From Marsupella aquatica (lineage: Eukaryota; Plantae; Marchantiophyta): a DNA stretch of 64,000 nucleotides. The stretch's first letter is position 1. Every line of letters begins with the position of its first letter. The position numbers were made by a program, and so were the translations under genes. Positions 36,884-51,493 of the stretch are shown piece by piece. Below the pieces are notes generated by a model. That model did not search any database, was not told where the DNA came from, and saw only the letters and a program-made list of their open reading frames with translations. The DNA lies in assembly GCA_973895155.1 (NCBI GenBank), contig OZ316897.1:6934470-6998469 (forward strand), read 5' to 3'.

Positions 36884-39236
36884 GAGAGTCTATCAACTCT
36901 GCATCAACTACAATTCAGTGTCATGTCCAACATAAGTCAATCACTCATCACATGTGCTAATGTACATGTCACCAGCCACAAAGTTGTCACTATCTCCTTA
37001 CCATTATGAACAGCCTTCTTCCCCTTCTTTGCCATTGCCATATCCTCCATGTATGCTTCTGCTGATCAATTTACACACCACAATATTCAGGTTGAATCTA
37101 TTAACCACTGAATTGTTTCTCAACATTCATATAGAGGAATTTAAAGCATCAGCTTACCTGATACCTCCTTGGCTATGGTCACTGAGGCACTGGGCACATT
37201 TTTTTCAATATTGCTCTTTGAATCACTTGATACATCAATCATGATGTCACTTCAGATCCCAATTGATCCAACCAGTTCTTACAGAAAAGATTACCTCCAA
37301 CCTGCTTAAGCTTCACAAACTCCATGCACTTTTCAAATGATTCATACTGGATCATAGCAGGTTACCTGTCTCAGCAACCTTCTTGCCCTTCTGCTTACTG
37401 ATTACAGGGTCCTTCTCTGCCTCCACTCTTCCTGCATTCAAACCATTCACTCAATTCATGAAAACTTAGTTCTAACATTTGAACATAGGACACAATGAAC
37501 AATGGGCCGGTGTCATTTCCATACCTGTGTCAGATTTGCCAATTCCCTTTTTTGTTAACAAGGGCACACTTTGTACAATGTTGCCCTCATTGTTTGGTTG
37601 GGAACCACCCAAGTTTTCAATCACAAGCTTGAAATTAGATTCCACTGATGTTGCCGGCCTCGGTTCCGGAACCTCCTCTGGTGCTCTTGCCTGCAGGGGC
37701 AGTACCGGGGCAAATATCTCACTTCGGGCATACCGGCACAACAACTGCATGTGATAACCAAGCCGGGACACGCTTCCCATTCCGATCACCAACTGTCCCT
37801 CCTTCAAGATCTTCTTTAGTTGGGTGAGGAGGTACCCGTTGTAGTCTCAGCTTGGGTCTGGCCTCTCCGCCAGATAGACCTATGCCTTGCCGATCTCTGC
37901 CCTTGGCAAGTTACAATGCATGGTCACCCGCAAGAAATCGATCATTTTTCCTGTGTGCGGGTTTGTGCAGATGTTTCGGAAGAAGCCATTCTTTGTTGAT
38001 GGCCCTAGAAACGACCGAAAGTCCTTGTCTGGAAAGGTCTTCCTGGTATCTACTTTCATTGGTCTTATTGCCCATCGGCAAGCCAAACACTTCGGCAATC
38101 ACCCGGGGAGTGAGATAGAAATCCTTCCCATACACCCTTGTGGAATTGGTCTCGGGCTCCCATGATCCCATGAATTCTAGTAAGTCTGAATCCGGCACCT
38201 CCGGCTTTAGCCATGGTAACTTTATGAAGGCTTCCAAGCCGGATCCGGCCATGAAGCCTTGGTATTTCCGAGTCTGCATAGCCATAAAGCATGCATCCTC
38301 TTCCCGTGCAAAGTGTAATTGCACCTCCTCGGGGAGGGTCGCCGCCCAGCCTTTCTAGGTGTCATCTCTTGTTGGAACGGCATTGATGGGGTCAACCTCC
38401 TCCTCTTCGGCTTCTGCCTGCCTCTTGCTTCCCTGCTCTGCTGGTTTCCTGGGTGCCGCCAACCTCGTTCTTTTTGCAGGGGTGGCTTCTTTGTTGTTGT
38501 TCCCTTTCCTCTTCATAGCGGCTGCCGTGGATGTTTCTCCTAGCGCGGTTGCCTTCGTCCACCCCTCCGTGCTACCCTTCAACTCCCAGTGTATGTTGTT
38601 GCAGCGGTTGATGGCCTCCCGGATGCCGACTATTCTGTTCTCACAAAACAAAAGATCGTCGAGTTTGTCGGCAGTAGGCGTCCACAAGAATTTAGCCGTA
38701 ATGAGTTCTCCTCCTAAGAAAGCAGACTTCTGCAGCTCCCACAGCCAAGCGAGCTCCTGCCGTTCTTGAGCCGCTCTCTCTGATTCTTCGTCCTCGTAGG
38801 TCCCAATGTACTTAGTTGCCTGTTCTAACAGGCATCCCCAAAAATGAGCAGCTTGATTGACGTTGTTCATACCCTTCTTGAGTTGATTGTCGGTATTTGC
38901 TTCCACCCCGAGTGCTTGCCTGAGCAGTGGACAGTAGTTGGCCTCCCGTAGTTGTCCACTTGGCTCATGCTTGCAAATGAGCCGCCATTCCTTGCGCTCG
39001 GTCCTTACGCCCCCCCTTGGCTGGTCTTCCTTCCCGTTGGTTACCCATAGCCGCCGGTACTTAGCGCGCCCTAACCCTAATCGTGTTCCCTCCCCCGACA
39101 TCCTTACTTTCGGCCTTGGCTCGGGTTCCATAGTCATCCTTAATTGTTTATATTTCCCTGTTTTTGTTACTATACTAAGGTGTTTCCTAGGGTACACTCC
39201 TGATTTTACTATTTAAACTGGCTTAATGATTCCTGG

Positions 39237-42200
39237 CTAGGCATCACATAGCTCCCCACTTAATTGTGAAGTGTCCTCGCGAACAACTTCATCTTCGTCC
39301 ATATAGTATTTCTTGAGGCGGTCGTAATGAATGCAAACTGAGTATATTTCTCCAGTAATGTTGGCCAATTGCACGGAGCCATTGGAGAACTTCATGTTTA
39401 CCCTGAAGGGTCCTAACCAGTGAGTGTAAAGTTTACCTGGGAACCTACTATACCTACTATCATAAAGTAATACAAGATCTCCTGTGTGGATACTAACTGG
39501 TTTCAATCTTTTATCATACTGCTGCTTCATGGTATTCTGTCTATATTCTACTCTCTCGGCTGAAATCATTCTTGCTTCTTCTAAAGCTTCTATCTATATT
39601 CTCGCTCCTTTAGGCTTTCCTCCTCAGAGACTCTTTCCTCAATTGTAATTGGAAATGTAGGTATCTCAAGTTGCATGGGTACCAGAGCTTCCTGCCCAAG
39701 GTTAAGAAAAAGGGTGTATGACCGGTAGTGGATTTATAGGCTAAATTGTAAGCAAAAACAACAGCAAACAATTTATCATCCCAATCGAGTTTGTTCTGAG
39801 CTACAGTCTTGTTAAATATTTTTCCTATAATCCCATTGGCTCGTTCTGTCAACCCATTTGCCTTTGGGTGGTAAGGAGTAGTAGGTCTATGTCTTACTAA
39901 ATACTGCTCATTTAAACGACTAATTATATCACTCAGAAAATGGGTTCCTCTATCACTAACTAATTCTAAGGGTGCTCCATACCTGGTGAAGATCTGCTCA
40001 TACATGAATCGAGCCGTAGTAATTGCATCATCCTTCGTCATCGGCCTGGCCTCCACCCACTTAGTTGCATAATCCGTGGCCAGGATTATATACTTGTTTC
40101 TCCGAGGATGGGTCAATGGTTTCAGAGGTCCCATGAAATCAATACCCCACTTCTCGAATGGTGCCAGAGGTAGAATAGGGTGCATAGGATGTCTTGTGGA
40201 CGCCCTTGGTTCTCCCGCTCGTTGACAAGGATCGCATTGTTTGATAAACTGATAGACATCTTTGTGCAAGGTGGGCCACCAGTAACCGGCATTTAATATC
40301 TTTTTAGACGTGGTTACTGGAGCAAAATGTCCGCCGGCCTCCTCCCCATGCATAGCCCGTAAGACTCGTTTTACCTCTCCCTTCTCCAAACACCTTTGAA
40401 TCGTGGCGCTGATTCTATACCTGTGTAGCACACCCTTAATGTACTGATACTGTCTAACCTTCCGCAGAAAGACTGCGGCTTGTTCTCGGGTTAGCCCTAG
40501 CTGTAATCTGGACGTGCTGAGAAATTGCAAAATCTCAGGGTACCATGTATCACCTATTTCCACAACGAATAGCTCTTTGTCGGGAAATCGGTCATCGATG
40601 CAATCTGTGGCAGGTTCACCTGTGATCCTTGAAAAGAAGTCGGCATTGGCGTGTAGCTTTCCCGGCTTGATTTTTAGCTCGTAGTCAAATTCCTGTAATA
40701 ACAAAATCCATCTTGCTACCCTGCATGTAAGGTCCGGCTTATTTACTAGGTACTTCAAACGTCCATGATCGGTATGAAAGATGACTTTGTACCCTAGCAA
40801 ATAATGCCTAAACTTTTTACATGAATAAATGACTCCTAACGCTTCTCTTTCTATGGTGGAGTAGTTCCGTTTGGCATTGGCAAGCTGGCGGCTTGCAAAG
40901 TATATGGGATGGTCCCTTCTTTTCTCATCTAACTGACTTAGTACTGAGCCGATACAGAAGCCTGAGACATCTATGAAGACATGAAAATCCTTGTTCCAGT
41001 CTGGTGCTATCATGATTGGGGCCTCTACTAACTTTTGCTTTAATTCCACCACAGCTGTTACTCTTTCTGCTGTGGGTTCAAAGTCTGCGCCTACCTTGAG
41101 CATGTTGGTTAATGGTAAAGCTAGCTTGGCAAAATCCTTGATGAACTAGCGATAATATGTGACGCCGGTGACATGGTCCTTATTCAATAATACAATGGAA
41201 TTGGTATGCTGTGCACGGTAAGTAACTGTGAGACTGTCGAAGGATCAGCGAGATGGCAAGAATAAGGGCAATCATATGTCGCGGGTGGTCGGCGACCGTA
41301 TCTCTTTCAATGTGTTGCCAAATCCGGATCTGTAAAGAGCATTGGAAAGATCTGGTCAAGGCGAGTAAAATAGATATAAAACACTCGGGAAACGAAGGTG
41401 TATTAAGAAAGATACGGCCTGGTTAGTGTGTCGGGTTAACTTGTGGCCGGAATTAGCGGGTTTGGCTTCGGTTTCGGGTTAACCTAAGCTTGGCCACGGC
41501 TTAGCTTAGGTCAGCCCGGCTTCAGCTTAGGCTTAGCCCGAGTTTGGGTTAGCTTGACCTCGGGCCCGGGTTAGCATAGGTCAGCTCGGGTTCAGGCTCA
41601 GACTAGCGGCTAGCAGACTAGCGGATAGCGGCTAGGAGACTAGCAGACTAGGGGATAGCAGACTAGCGGACTAGCGACTAGCAGACTAGCAGACTAGCAG
41701 ACTAGCGGGTAGCAGATTAGCCAGAGGCCACGGGTTAGCTCTACTCGGGCTAGATAGGATAGCTTGGTTAGCCAAACTCAGGTTAACTATGTAACTCGGG
41801 TTAGCGCAACAGTGCGTACCCCCTCTCGGTTGCGGGGGCATAACTTTCTCTGTATTTGCCCAAATCGACTATAATTGACCTCGTTGGAAAGAGGAGCTCA
41901 AGCCGCTTCCAACACTGCTATCCACGCAGCAAATGGTTGAATAGAGAAATCTGGAGAGGAGGCGCAAGCTCGCAAAAATTGTGGAGAAGGGCCAAATCCG
42001 AAATACATAGTCAGTTTGAGATAGAAATAAAGTTGCGAGTTAGGGTTTAGTAGTTAGATATAGTGGCGGCTCTGTTAGGGCTAGGATGGGGCGCCAACAA
42101 CATAGCATCCACCCATTTGGGCTTAGTGTGAGAGTATATAGGTCAGCCACCCGGTAGAGGCAGGGGGGGACTTCAATTGTGTGATCTCACGTAGACTGAG

Positions 42201-45200
42201 CATCAGGGAGGAGCTCTGTGCAAGCAAGGCTGGACTTGGACGTCGTGTGTTGGGGAGAGCTGGGTTGTGCTATTACTCAGGGAGTAATCAGCCAAGCTTC
42301 ACAGCAACGGTTTGCCAAGTTTGCGAGCTAGATTGTGGCTCTTTCTAGTGGGCAGCACAACTGGGTTCTTTTCCCCCGATACATAGCCTTGGTGATAGGT
42401 GACGTATTGGTGATTGTAAACTGTGGGGAGGATTTTGATTGCATTTACGATGAGCACAGTAGGGAGGCTGAGACACTGATCGAGGTGCAGCAGGAGGAGC
42501 ATTTACAGTTCAGTTTGGCAAGGCTACGTGATCCATGGGGAGTCCTGGCCTTTGTCTGGTAGAGAGCACTAAGGGATTTATGGCCAGAGCTGAGCTTGCA
42601 GGGCAAGCATGAGGCCGGGCCTCATTGCAGTCTGGGGTAGATCGCCGTTAGGCCTGGTACCAGCTTTGAAGTCGAGTCAACTGTGCATGCGTAACTTGAC
42701 ATTCTGAAATGGAGGTGTGAGATCTGTATGTGCCCCAAGAATGAAGTGCAGTGAAGGAGGTTGAGTTCAGGATTGAGTTTGCAAGGCAAGTACCAGATTG
42801 GTTCGAGTCCAATCTGTCGTCGCAATCTGGAGTGAGCCGGGCTCAGGTTCAGGATTGAGCTTGCATGGCAAGCACGGGGCTTGCGGGGCAAGCACGTCGC
42901 AATCTGGAGTAGACAGCCTTCGGGACTATTGTTCGAATCAAGTGTTCTCAATGAACTATTGTGCACATCGTTGAATCTAATTGAGTTTTCCTCTCAGGCC
43001 TCATTTCTCTCATGGATGTGTGTGTGTGTGAGGCAATCTGAGTGTATGATGGGACTAGCAGCGCCACTGAGAGGTGTACCGGGTGCATTGAAGTGGGTTG
43101 GGTGAGGGCTATTATAACTCTGACTGCTGGGAGTGGAATGACAGAGTGGTGGGGTAATGGCTTAGAAGTCCCTAAGCCGGGAATCAGTCAAAGTCACTGG
43201 TTTATGGGTACATTCCGGCGGCGGAATAAAAACATACCTATGGCAGTAAGCATACATATAAACATATGCACACTGTAGCGCTAGGCCCTGTGTGTACGGG
43301 CCCGACACGAAGACCCCCTTCTCACCAGAACTATCATGAGTGCAAGAGCTGATTCCCAACCTTGGTCCTTTGGGATTGAGCTTGGGTGATGTGTGACAGA
43401 GTCTTGCTATGATAGTCTGGCGTTAAGGGGATAAACCAGTGTATACCAGCCTTCACAACATCCCTCCGTGATCCTCAGGTACAAGGAGATAGTTTTGGCA
43501 CCCATAGTGACATTTTTGGTGTTAAGACCCATGTCAATTGCGTGACATCTTGTGAGCTGACAATCAATTTACCCTAAGGAACACGGATTTGAGTGAAGCA
43601 AAAAAGAAGGGGTGATGTGTAACTTGAGACCTACCTCTATGCATCTCATGAAGGTCTTCCTTAGGTATTTAGCATGTTTCGATGCTTTCCCAAATACTGC
43701 AAAGTCATCAATGAAGATTTCCATGCACTTTCTCAAGTAGTCATGGAAAATGTTCACCATTAATCGTTGGAACATAGCTGGTGCGTTGCAGAGTCCAAAC
43801 GGCATACGATTGAAGACATAGATCCCCCATTCCGTGATGAAGGTCGTCTTGATTTGGTCCTCCTGCCTAATCCTGATTTGGTTATAACCAGAGTACCCAT
43901 CCGTGAATGAGTATAATTCATGACTGGCTACCATGTCTAGTACCATATCAGTAAAGGGTAAAGGAAAATGGTCCTTTAACGTAGCCTCATTCAACTTCCT
44001 ATAATCCTGACAAACTTGGATCTTGGGTTTACCATCGGGTCCAGCTTTCTTGGGAACTATCACAATTGGAGACACCCAATTTGAATGCAGGACTGGAGTG
44101 ATGAATCCGACTTCCACTAGTTTGTCGATTTCAGTTTTGACCATCAGGGAATACTTAGGGTTCATCCTTCGAATTGGTTGTCAAAATGATTTGGCCCCTA
44201 ACATGAGATCAATTTGATGTTCTCCTAATTTTGGGTCTACTCCCTTCAGGTCTTGGTGACTCCATGCAAACACATCCTGAAATTCAATCAGTAATTCATT
44301 GATTTCTTTCTCAAGCTCAAGTGCTAGGTCCCGTCCCAAGTCCAGTTCCCTTCCTTCTCCTAAGTTGAGCTTTCGGTATTGCCGTGCTTGGATCATATTA
44401 ATCTGCTTCTTCAAGTTTGGGTCCAAGTTGGCTTCCAGCCTCTCCAGTCTCATATCTCCATAAATTGGAATCTTGGCCATACTAGCCGAGTCGGTTTCTC
44501 CCTAGTTATCCGTAGAGTGTCCCCTTACCGGACTATTTGGTTTTGAATTGGTGATCGGCTTCCCTTCCGGCCTCGGCTCTGGCTTGTTTCTGTGTATCTC
44601 ATCCATTCCTGCCTCTTGAGGGTCAGGTTGCTGTGCTCTTTCAGCTTCTAATAGGGCCTCAATTTGTTCTGCCCTCGTAATCGGCTTGTATGCCGATTCC
44701 TTGGTATTTAATTTATTGCCGATGATAGACGGCGTTGTGGATCCTGTTGGCTCTGCCACAACGCCTGAGGAAAATCCACTGGCTTGGGTGCAGCTCCCCA
44801 CTTAGCCGTTTCATCCAACCGGTCCACTTTTTGTGCTTCCTCCGGAATTGAAGCTAAAAAGGTGGACTCTATGGCAAAGCAGTCCTCAATTTCGTCTTCA
44901 CATTCTTCCAAGTCACTCTCCATAGGTTCTTGCCATAGTCCGTTGGGGGATACTTCTGGTCCAAAGATACTTTCTTTGGTCAGGTTAGTGAGGCATTCTA
45001 GCCAACATACCTCATCTGCTGACTCCAATCCACTGTCATACCCGTCTACCTCCCTGATGCTTCTCCTACGGTCATCCTTGGTGTCCCAAGATACCGTGAT
45101 AGCGGGGGTTCCAAAAGTGAACTCCTTCTTCCCCCAATCCTCTATTACTTGGGCTAGATACAGCCATGGCCTGCCAATCAATAGCCAAAATGACGTAGGG

Positions 45201-47699
45201 TTTACTGGCTTCATTACTACATAGTTAATGCTAAAGAAGATCCCTCCTATCTCTGTCTTGATGCCGGTTAACACTCCCGTGGGAATGACCTGATACCCAT
45301 TGGCCATGTTCAACACTCTTCCAGTCATCTCCGGTGTTAGTCCCCATCCTTTTGCTGTTGAATCAATCATAATACATACCCCTGATCCTCCATCGATGGG
45401 TACCCTTAGTAATATTTCTCCTTGAATCATTAATGGTAGTGCTGGGGCTCCTTGATCTTCTTCTATCATCAGCACGTCGGATCTGGTTGCTACCTTGGGT
45501 AATCTCGGCTTGCCGAGAATGGCCTTCCTTAATTGCTTCCGAAAGTACGGGCTATTTTTCAATAGTTGACCTACTGTTGCCGAGACTCTAGATTCTAGTA
45601 CATCTTTAGCCAAGTCATAGGGGACTATCGGCTTCTCTTCTGCCGGTGTCTCTGTATTGGCTTCGGCCTGTTTTCACGCTAGTTTCGACAGCCCTTGGAT
45701 CCTCCAAAGCAAACAACGCTTTTGCTCATTTCACATCCTTGGCTATGGCTTTGGTATTCTCCAGGGTTTCCAATTCTCGCAGTTGTTCCTTAACACTAGC
45801 CGTAATAGAGGGGTAAAACAACTTAGGGTGGTCTTGATTGAAGTCGTTGGCCTGTGAAGGATTGGGCTCACTGGTGGGCTCATGGCTTACCTGTGTTGTT
45901 GGCGCCCTTCCTTCTCCTTCTGTTGATGTTGACAAAGAGTCGATCTTTTCTTCTTTAACCTTCCCTTTATTTTTGGCCAGCCCATCCCACCTTTCCTTCC
46001 TTCTGGTGGATCGAGTAGAGACCCAGTAGCAATCATGATCTAAATCCTCTTCTAAAAATGTTGATAGGGCCTCGGCCTCATCATCAGATGGTCCAAACTC
46101 TGCCTTGGCATCCACTTGCCATCTGAGTTCGATGTGGTTGATTTGAACTCCTCCTGGAGTAGTACTCGGAGGCAAGACCTTGACCGGCAAGAGCTTATGA
46201 TTTGCGGCAAGTCTTGCCAACCAAGTAGGACATTGTCCTAGCATGTGACCCTCCTATTGGCATCCCATACATAGCTGAGCTGGTTGTCCATCACCTTGTT
46301 TGCGTGCATTCGGGCATTCTCTAGCAAAATGGCCAGGTTGACCACAATTATAGCATGCCGCAAATCTTTGCACACTTGGCCTAGGAGGTACTGACGGATT
46401 CTGAATAATCTGAGGATACATTTCTCCCGGATTGTTCCTTAATCCTGACCAGAGAGATGCAGGTCGGTTGGATAGGTCTCGTGCTCCAGTCTCATTGATG
46501 CCAAAAACACTATCAGCGGCATCCCCTATAAAGTACTCTACTTCTCCCTAACATGGTTTGACCTCAGCCACATGCCGAACATGAGTAGTATTAAGTTTAG
46601 GACATGCGTCTTTATGGTGTCCGGTTTTATAACATAAGGCACACCATACAGAGCTATCCTCGAGTACTACCTTCTTCTTTGGCTTTACCTCTGCTATTAT
46701 AGCCTTAAGTTGCTCGGTAAGAGCTATGATGTTATCTGGTGTTTTAGCTTCTAGCTTGACTTTAAACTTCCCCCTCCTTCTACCCTTCTTTTTCCAAGAT
46801 TTTTCTTCTTCAGAACTAGACGATGACTCACTCTTGCTACTTCCACTATCCGAGCTTGAGTTCTCACTTCTTGACTTCTTAGAATGTTTCTTTTTCTTAT
46901 CTTTTTTCTTATGGGGTGATCCCTCCTCCGATGAGGAACTCTCAGACTTGAGCTGTTTCTTCCGGCTTGTGATGTCTGCATTAATGTATAATTGAATATC
47001 TCTAATTGCCTCGGCTAAAATCTCTGGGTTCTCCTTCCTAATTTCAAAACTCATCTTCTGTGGCAAAGCATTCACCAACCATTGAAGTTGCATACCTTCA
47101 GATGCATTGGTCTTTGTACGTCTTACCAGCTTTTGGAAGCGTTGCAAGAACTTTCTGAAGGATTTGTTCTCCTTGAACCGAAGTCGTCCCAACTTCAGCA
47201 CTGCTAGCTCTGAGGTTCCAATCGGTCAAAACTCCTTTACAAATAGTGATTTGAAGGTATGCCAGATGGCTTGATCTTCCACATCCAATGCTCTGTACCA
47301 GGGCCTAGCCTCACCCTTGAACAGGCCAGGAAGAATTTGCATCTTGATGGCCGATTCTCCATTTGCTGCAGCGGTTCCTTCGAAGTCATCCAACCATTCA
47401 TCCGGATCCTCATCTCCTCTTCCATGAAATGCCTTGTAATGAATGCGCGACCGTTGGCTCAGTCTGGTCCCAGGCCTCTCCTCTGGTCGTGTATCTGGTT
47501 TCCCCATATCGGTTGGGGACTCACTTCTCCTTACCGACTCCTCTTCTGGTATGTCTTCTTCGACGCCACTTTCAGTTACGGAGTGACTAGCTCTTTCTGC
47601 CCCTCTCAGTCGTTGTGTATCATGCCACCTGGCGAGCTGCTGCAGATGAGCTCTCTCCCGTTGAATCGCTCTTTCCTCCCTCGGCGTAGTTTCAGTCAT
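39237..47699 (-). pseudogene. gag-PR-pol of copy 2, multiple stops/frameshifts, interrupted by a family 2 LTR
   Basis: ORFs 47226-47699, 46548-47201, 45726-46244, 44708-45613, 44502-44801, 44181-44480, 43569-44165, 39610-41103 and 39237-39569 are collinear with 891-7056. Confidence 0.94.
41158..43547 (+). mobile_element. Family 2 LTR inserted in the RT of copy 2 (no TSD; adjacent deletion)
   Basis: TGTGACG...CGTGACA; reverse-complement homolog of 34450-36883; TAGCAGAC-type 8-mer array at about 41600-41720. Confidence 0.9.
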
Positions 47700-50600
47700 T
47701 ACCTACATTTCCTCCCTAACTTCATATCTCACGGCTTAAGAAATGCCCCCTCCATCTAGCGCCAAAAATGTGGTGCGTCCCATGGCTCCCTAAACCCAAG
47801 AAACCCCTCTGCACAAGCCAATTCCCGCAGGTTTTGCTCTTGGCGAGGCCAATTTTGCGGCTTAGCGGCATGGGACGCTGCTAACTTCCTTCTACTACTA
47901 TTACTATTAACATTTTACTCACATATACTGGACAGATCCTTCATCGGGTCATGAGATACGTAGCTGGCCTATTCTAGGCCTTCCCTTGTCCTCCTCTCTC
48001 GAGTTTCCTTTAGGTATGTTTGGATTCCGCCGCTGGAATGATCCCCAACTGGCTTGGGTAAGCCGCTAAGACCTCTCTCAGCTCGACACATCCAACTCTT
48101 ACTACCTTGCTTACTCCCTTCTTGGTTGATGTGGGCAATCTTCAAACAAGTTAATGCGACACACAAATAGCAAAATGACTCCTTCTGACTCCTTCTGACT
48201 GAGTTATACCATGCACTTGCCATACAAACAGTATTTCTCATATACAAGATCTGCCAACTAAGCCGTGAGGCCAACTCCATTCATCTCTTAGGTATGAGGA
48301 AACATGAATATACACAAGGGTCATAGTATAACTAACCGAGAGCTTCTTTAACTACTTGATCCCAGCCCTGCTGGTGCACTAAAAACTTGCTAAGGAAGAA
48401 GGCCCTGAACTCCCCGCTGCCCAGGTACTTATCCTTGTAGTGGATCTGCCTAATTCATTGCAACGTAAGCCTAATCTACCTAATTGTAATCTACCTATGT
48501 ACAGCAAGGCAGGAGCACAAGTGTTGCTCTTACCAGTGGATCCGCAATCCCACTAAGCTAAGTGTCAGGGCCACCCCTTGGTCCTGATCCTAATTCTAAA
48601 CTTGGAGATCTGAACCCGCTCTGCCCACTCACGCCTCCTCCCTCCATGTGTGCCCTCCTTAAAAGGAGCGGCCCTCCACCACCGTCATGGCAGCGGTGTC
48701 TGGTCCTCAATGGACGCCCCCAACACTTCCTCCGCAACCACTACCGTAGGTCCGTCCTCTGACAGATTACCTGCTCCAGACCAAGTCAACTCTCCATCGG
48801 CTTGACTAGGTCCACCCTCGGCTTCGGCCTCAGCATCGGCCATGGCCTCCCTGACATGTTCTAGTGGTCATGTGTTCATGAGCCGCCATTCCTTGCGCTC
48901 GGTCCTTACCCCCCCCTTGGCTGGTGTGATGCCTAACCAGGAATCACTAGGCCGGTTAAGTGGGAAAATGGAAGTGTACCCTAGAAACACCTTAGTATAG
49001 TTACAAGAATGAGGAAAATATAAACAATTAAGGGTGACTATGGAACCCGGGCCAAGGCCGGAAGTAAGGACGCCGAGGGAGAGAATACGATTAGGGTTAG
49101 GGCGCACTAAGTGTCGGCGGCTAGGGGTAACCAACGGTAGGGAAGACCAAAGGAGGAGAGGGGTAAGGACAGCTCACAAGGAATGGTGGCTCATTTGCAA
49201 GCACAAATTGGGCAGACGACTACGGGAGGCCAACTACTGTCAACTGCTTAGACAAGCACTCTGGGCGGAAGCAGATACCAACAAACGACTCAAGGAGGGT
49301 ATGAGCAACGTCAATCAAACAGCACATTTTTGGGGATGCCTATTCGAACGGGCAACTAAGTACATTGGGACTTACGAGGACGAAGAATTGGAGAGAGCAA
49401 CTCGAGAACGGCGGGAGCTCACTCGACTATGGGAGCTGCAGAAATCTGCCTTCTTAGGAGGAGAACTCATCAAGGCCGAGTTCTTGTGGACTCCTATTGC
49501 CAATCAGCTTGACAACCTTCTATTTTGCGAAAACAGGAATGTCGGCATTCGGGAAGCCATCAACCGCTGCAACGACATACACTAGGAGTTGAAGGGTAGC
49601 ACGGAGGGGTGGACAAAAGCAACCATGGTAGGAGAAACATCCACGGCAGCCGAGATGAAGAGGAAAGGAAACAACAACAAAGAGGCCACCCCGGCAAAAA
49701 GAACAAGGTCGGTGGCACCAAGGAAGCCAGCAGAGCAGGGAAGCAGGAGGCAGGCGGAAGCCGAAGAGGAGGAGGTTGACCCCATCAATGCCGTTCCAAC
49801 AAAGGATGACACCTAGAAAGGCTGGGCGACAACCCTACCAGAAGAGGTGCAACTGCATTTTGCATGAGAGGAGGATGCATGCTTTACGGCCATGCAGACC
49901 AAGAAGTACCTGGGCTTCATGGCCGGATCCGGCTTAGAAGCCTTCATAAAATTACCATGGCTGAAGCCGGAGGTGCCGGATTCAAACTTATTAGAATTCA
50001 TGGGGTTATGGGAGCCCAAGACCAATTCCACAAGGGTGTATGGGAAGGATTTCTATCTCACGCCCCAGGTAATTGCCGAAGTGTTTGGCTTGCCGATGGG
50101 CAATAAGACCAAGGTAGAGACTAGGAAGACCTTGCCAGACAAGGAGTTCCGGTTGTTTCCAGGGCCATCAACGAAGAATGGCTTCTTCCAGAACACCTGC
50201 ACCAACCCGCACATCGGAGAGATGATCAATTTCTTGCGGGTGACCATGCATTGCAACTTGCCAAGGGCAGAGATTGGCAAGGCACAGGTTTACCTGGCAG
50301 AGAGCCCAGACCCAAGCCGGGACTACAACGGGTACCTCCCCCGGTACCTCCTCAACCAACTGAAGAAGATCTTGAAGGAGGAACAGCTGGTGATCGGCAT
50401 AGGAAGCATCTCCCGGCTTGGCTATCACATGCCGTTGTTGTGCCGGTATGCCAGAAGTCAGATCTTTGCCCCAGTACTTCCCCTGCAGGCGAGGGCACCA
50501 GAGGAAGTCCCGGAGCAGAGGCCGGCAACAGAGGAGCCCAACCAGCCCGCCAGTCGTACAATCGAGCAGATGTTTTGGCCAAGAAAAGAAGACTTGCCGA

Positions 50601-51493
50601 TGCAGCAATCAGGCATGCAGAATCTGCTAAAATTGCTGGAAAAGGAGAAGAGAACGGCACCAACAACGGCATCGGCACCGGTACAGGACACTGCCCTAGA
50701 GGTTGGCCTAAGCCGACTCAGGAGGGAAGACCCCTTTACCGGAGCCAAGGTGAGAAGGAGGCTAGAACACGAGCCGGGAGTTTGAATGTATGTGGGAGCC
50801 TCCAGCCCCGGCAGAACAGCCTAAGGCTCCTGCCCACGAAAAGCAGAGGGAGAAGACAGCCTGGAAGCCAGAGGAGGAACCAAGGCACATGATCTATGAG
50901 GCCGTCTTTACGGCGGGACCAGGAGAACAGAGGAGGAAGCCGAGAGTCCAAGCAGTGGAGGAGGCGATGGAGGACTACAACAATGATAACTTTGGCTATG
51001 GTCGGATCATCATTTACCAGGAGTAAGAACCCGTGGCCGCTTTATCCCCACGCTTCTAAGAGTAGTTCGTGGGGATCCCACCCAACAGAGCAGCCCCGAG
51101 TCCCCCCCACCAGATGTCGCTCCCCCAAGCTTTGACGGCATAAAGCAGACGGCACAAGAGTTTCAGGAGCAACTCAGAGAGGCAGAGAAGGCAGCCCTGG
51201 CTAGGGAGAAAGATTTACCAGGAGGAGATTGGCCGGAGGACATCAGGCGGCTTGCCGAAAAAAGAAGCAACCCTCTTGCCACCATAGAAGAAATTTGCAA
51301 GGCAGCTTGGGAACAGAGGCCGAGGTGGTTGATGCCGATGACTTCTACTTACTCCACCTATGCTAAAGATAGAGCCATGGAGTACGGGGAGATGTGTGGG
51401 GAACTGGCACTCAGCATCTTTGGGGAGGAGTTGGAGCAGGGACCCTTTTTCCAGAGGGAGATATTGGAAAAGCACCAATTAGAAGAGGCGGTG

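Larger units (their letters stand above)
30309..37648 (-). mobile_element. CACTA element C (3' end at 30309) with a TnpA-like gene split by two solo LTRs
   Basis: CACTAGTAGAAACCGGGGG at 30309; YKPPR...FHGKVVSDDH (34013-34217) joins VVVLLNTV...DDDPPQEIIADAIGSLMLWP (31166-31314), homologous to 22115-22960. Confidence 0.78.
37649..48924 (-). mobile_element. Family 1 element, copy 2 (older, degenerate)
   Basis: 5' LTR 47769-48924 (internally deleted near 48868), PBS 47747-47764, gag-pol, PPT, 3' LTR 39248 down to about 37649 (truncated). Confidence 0.93.
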
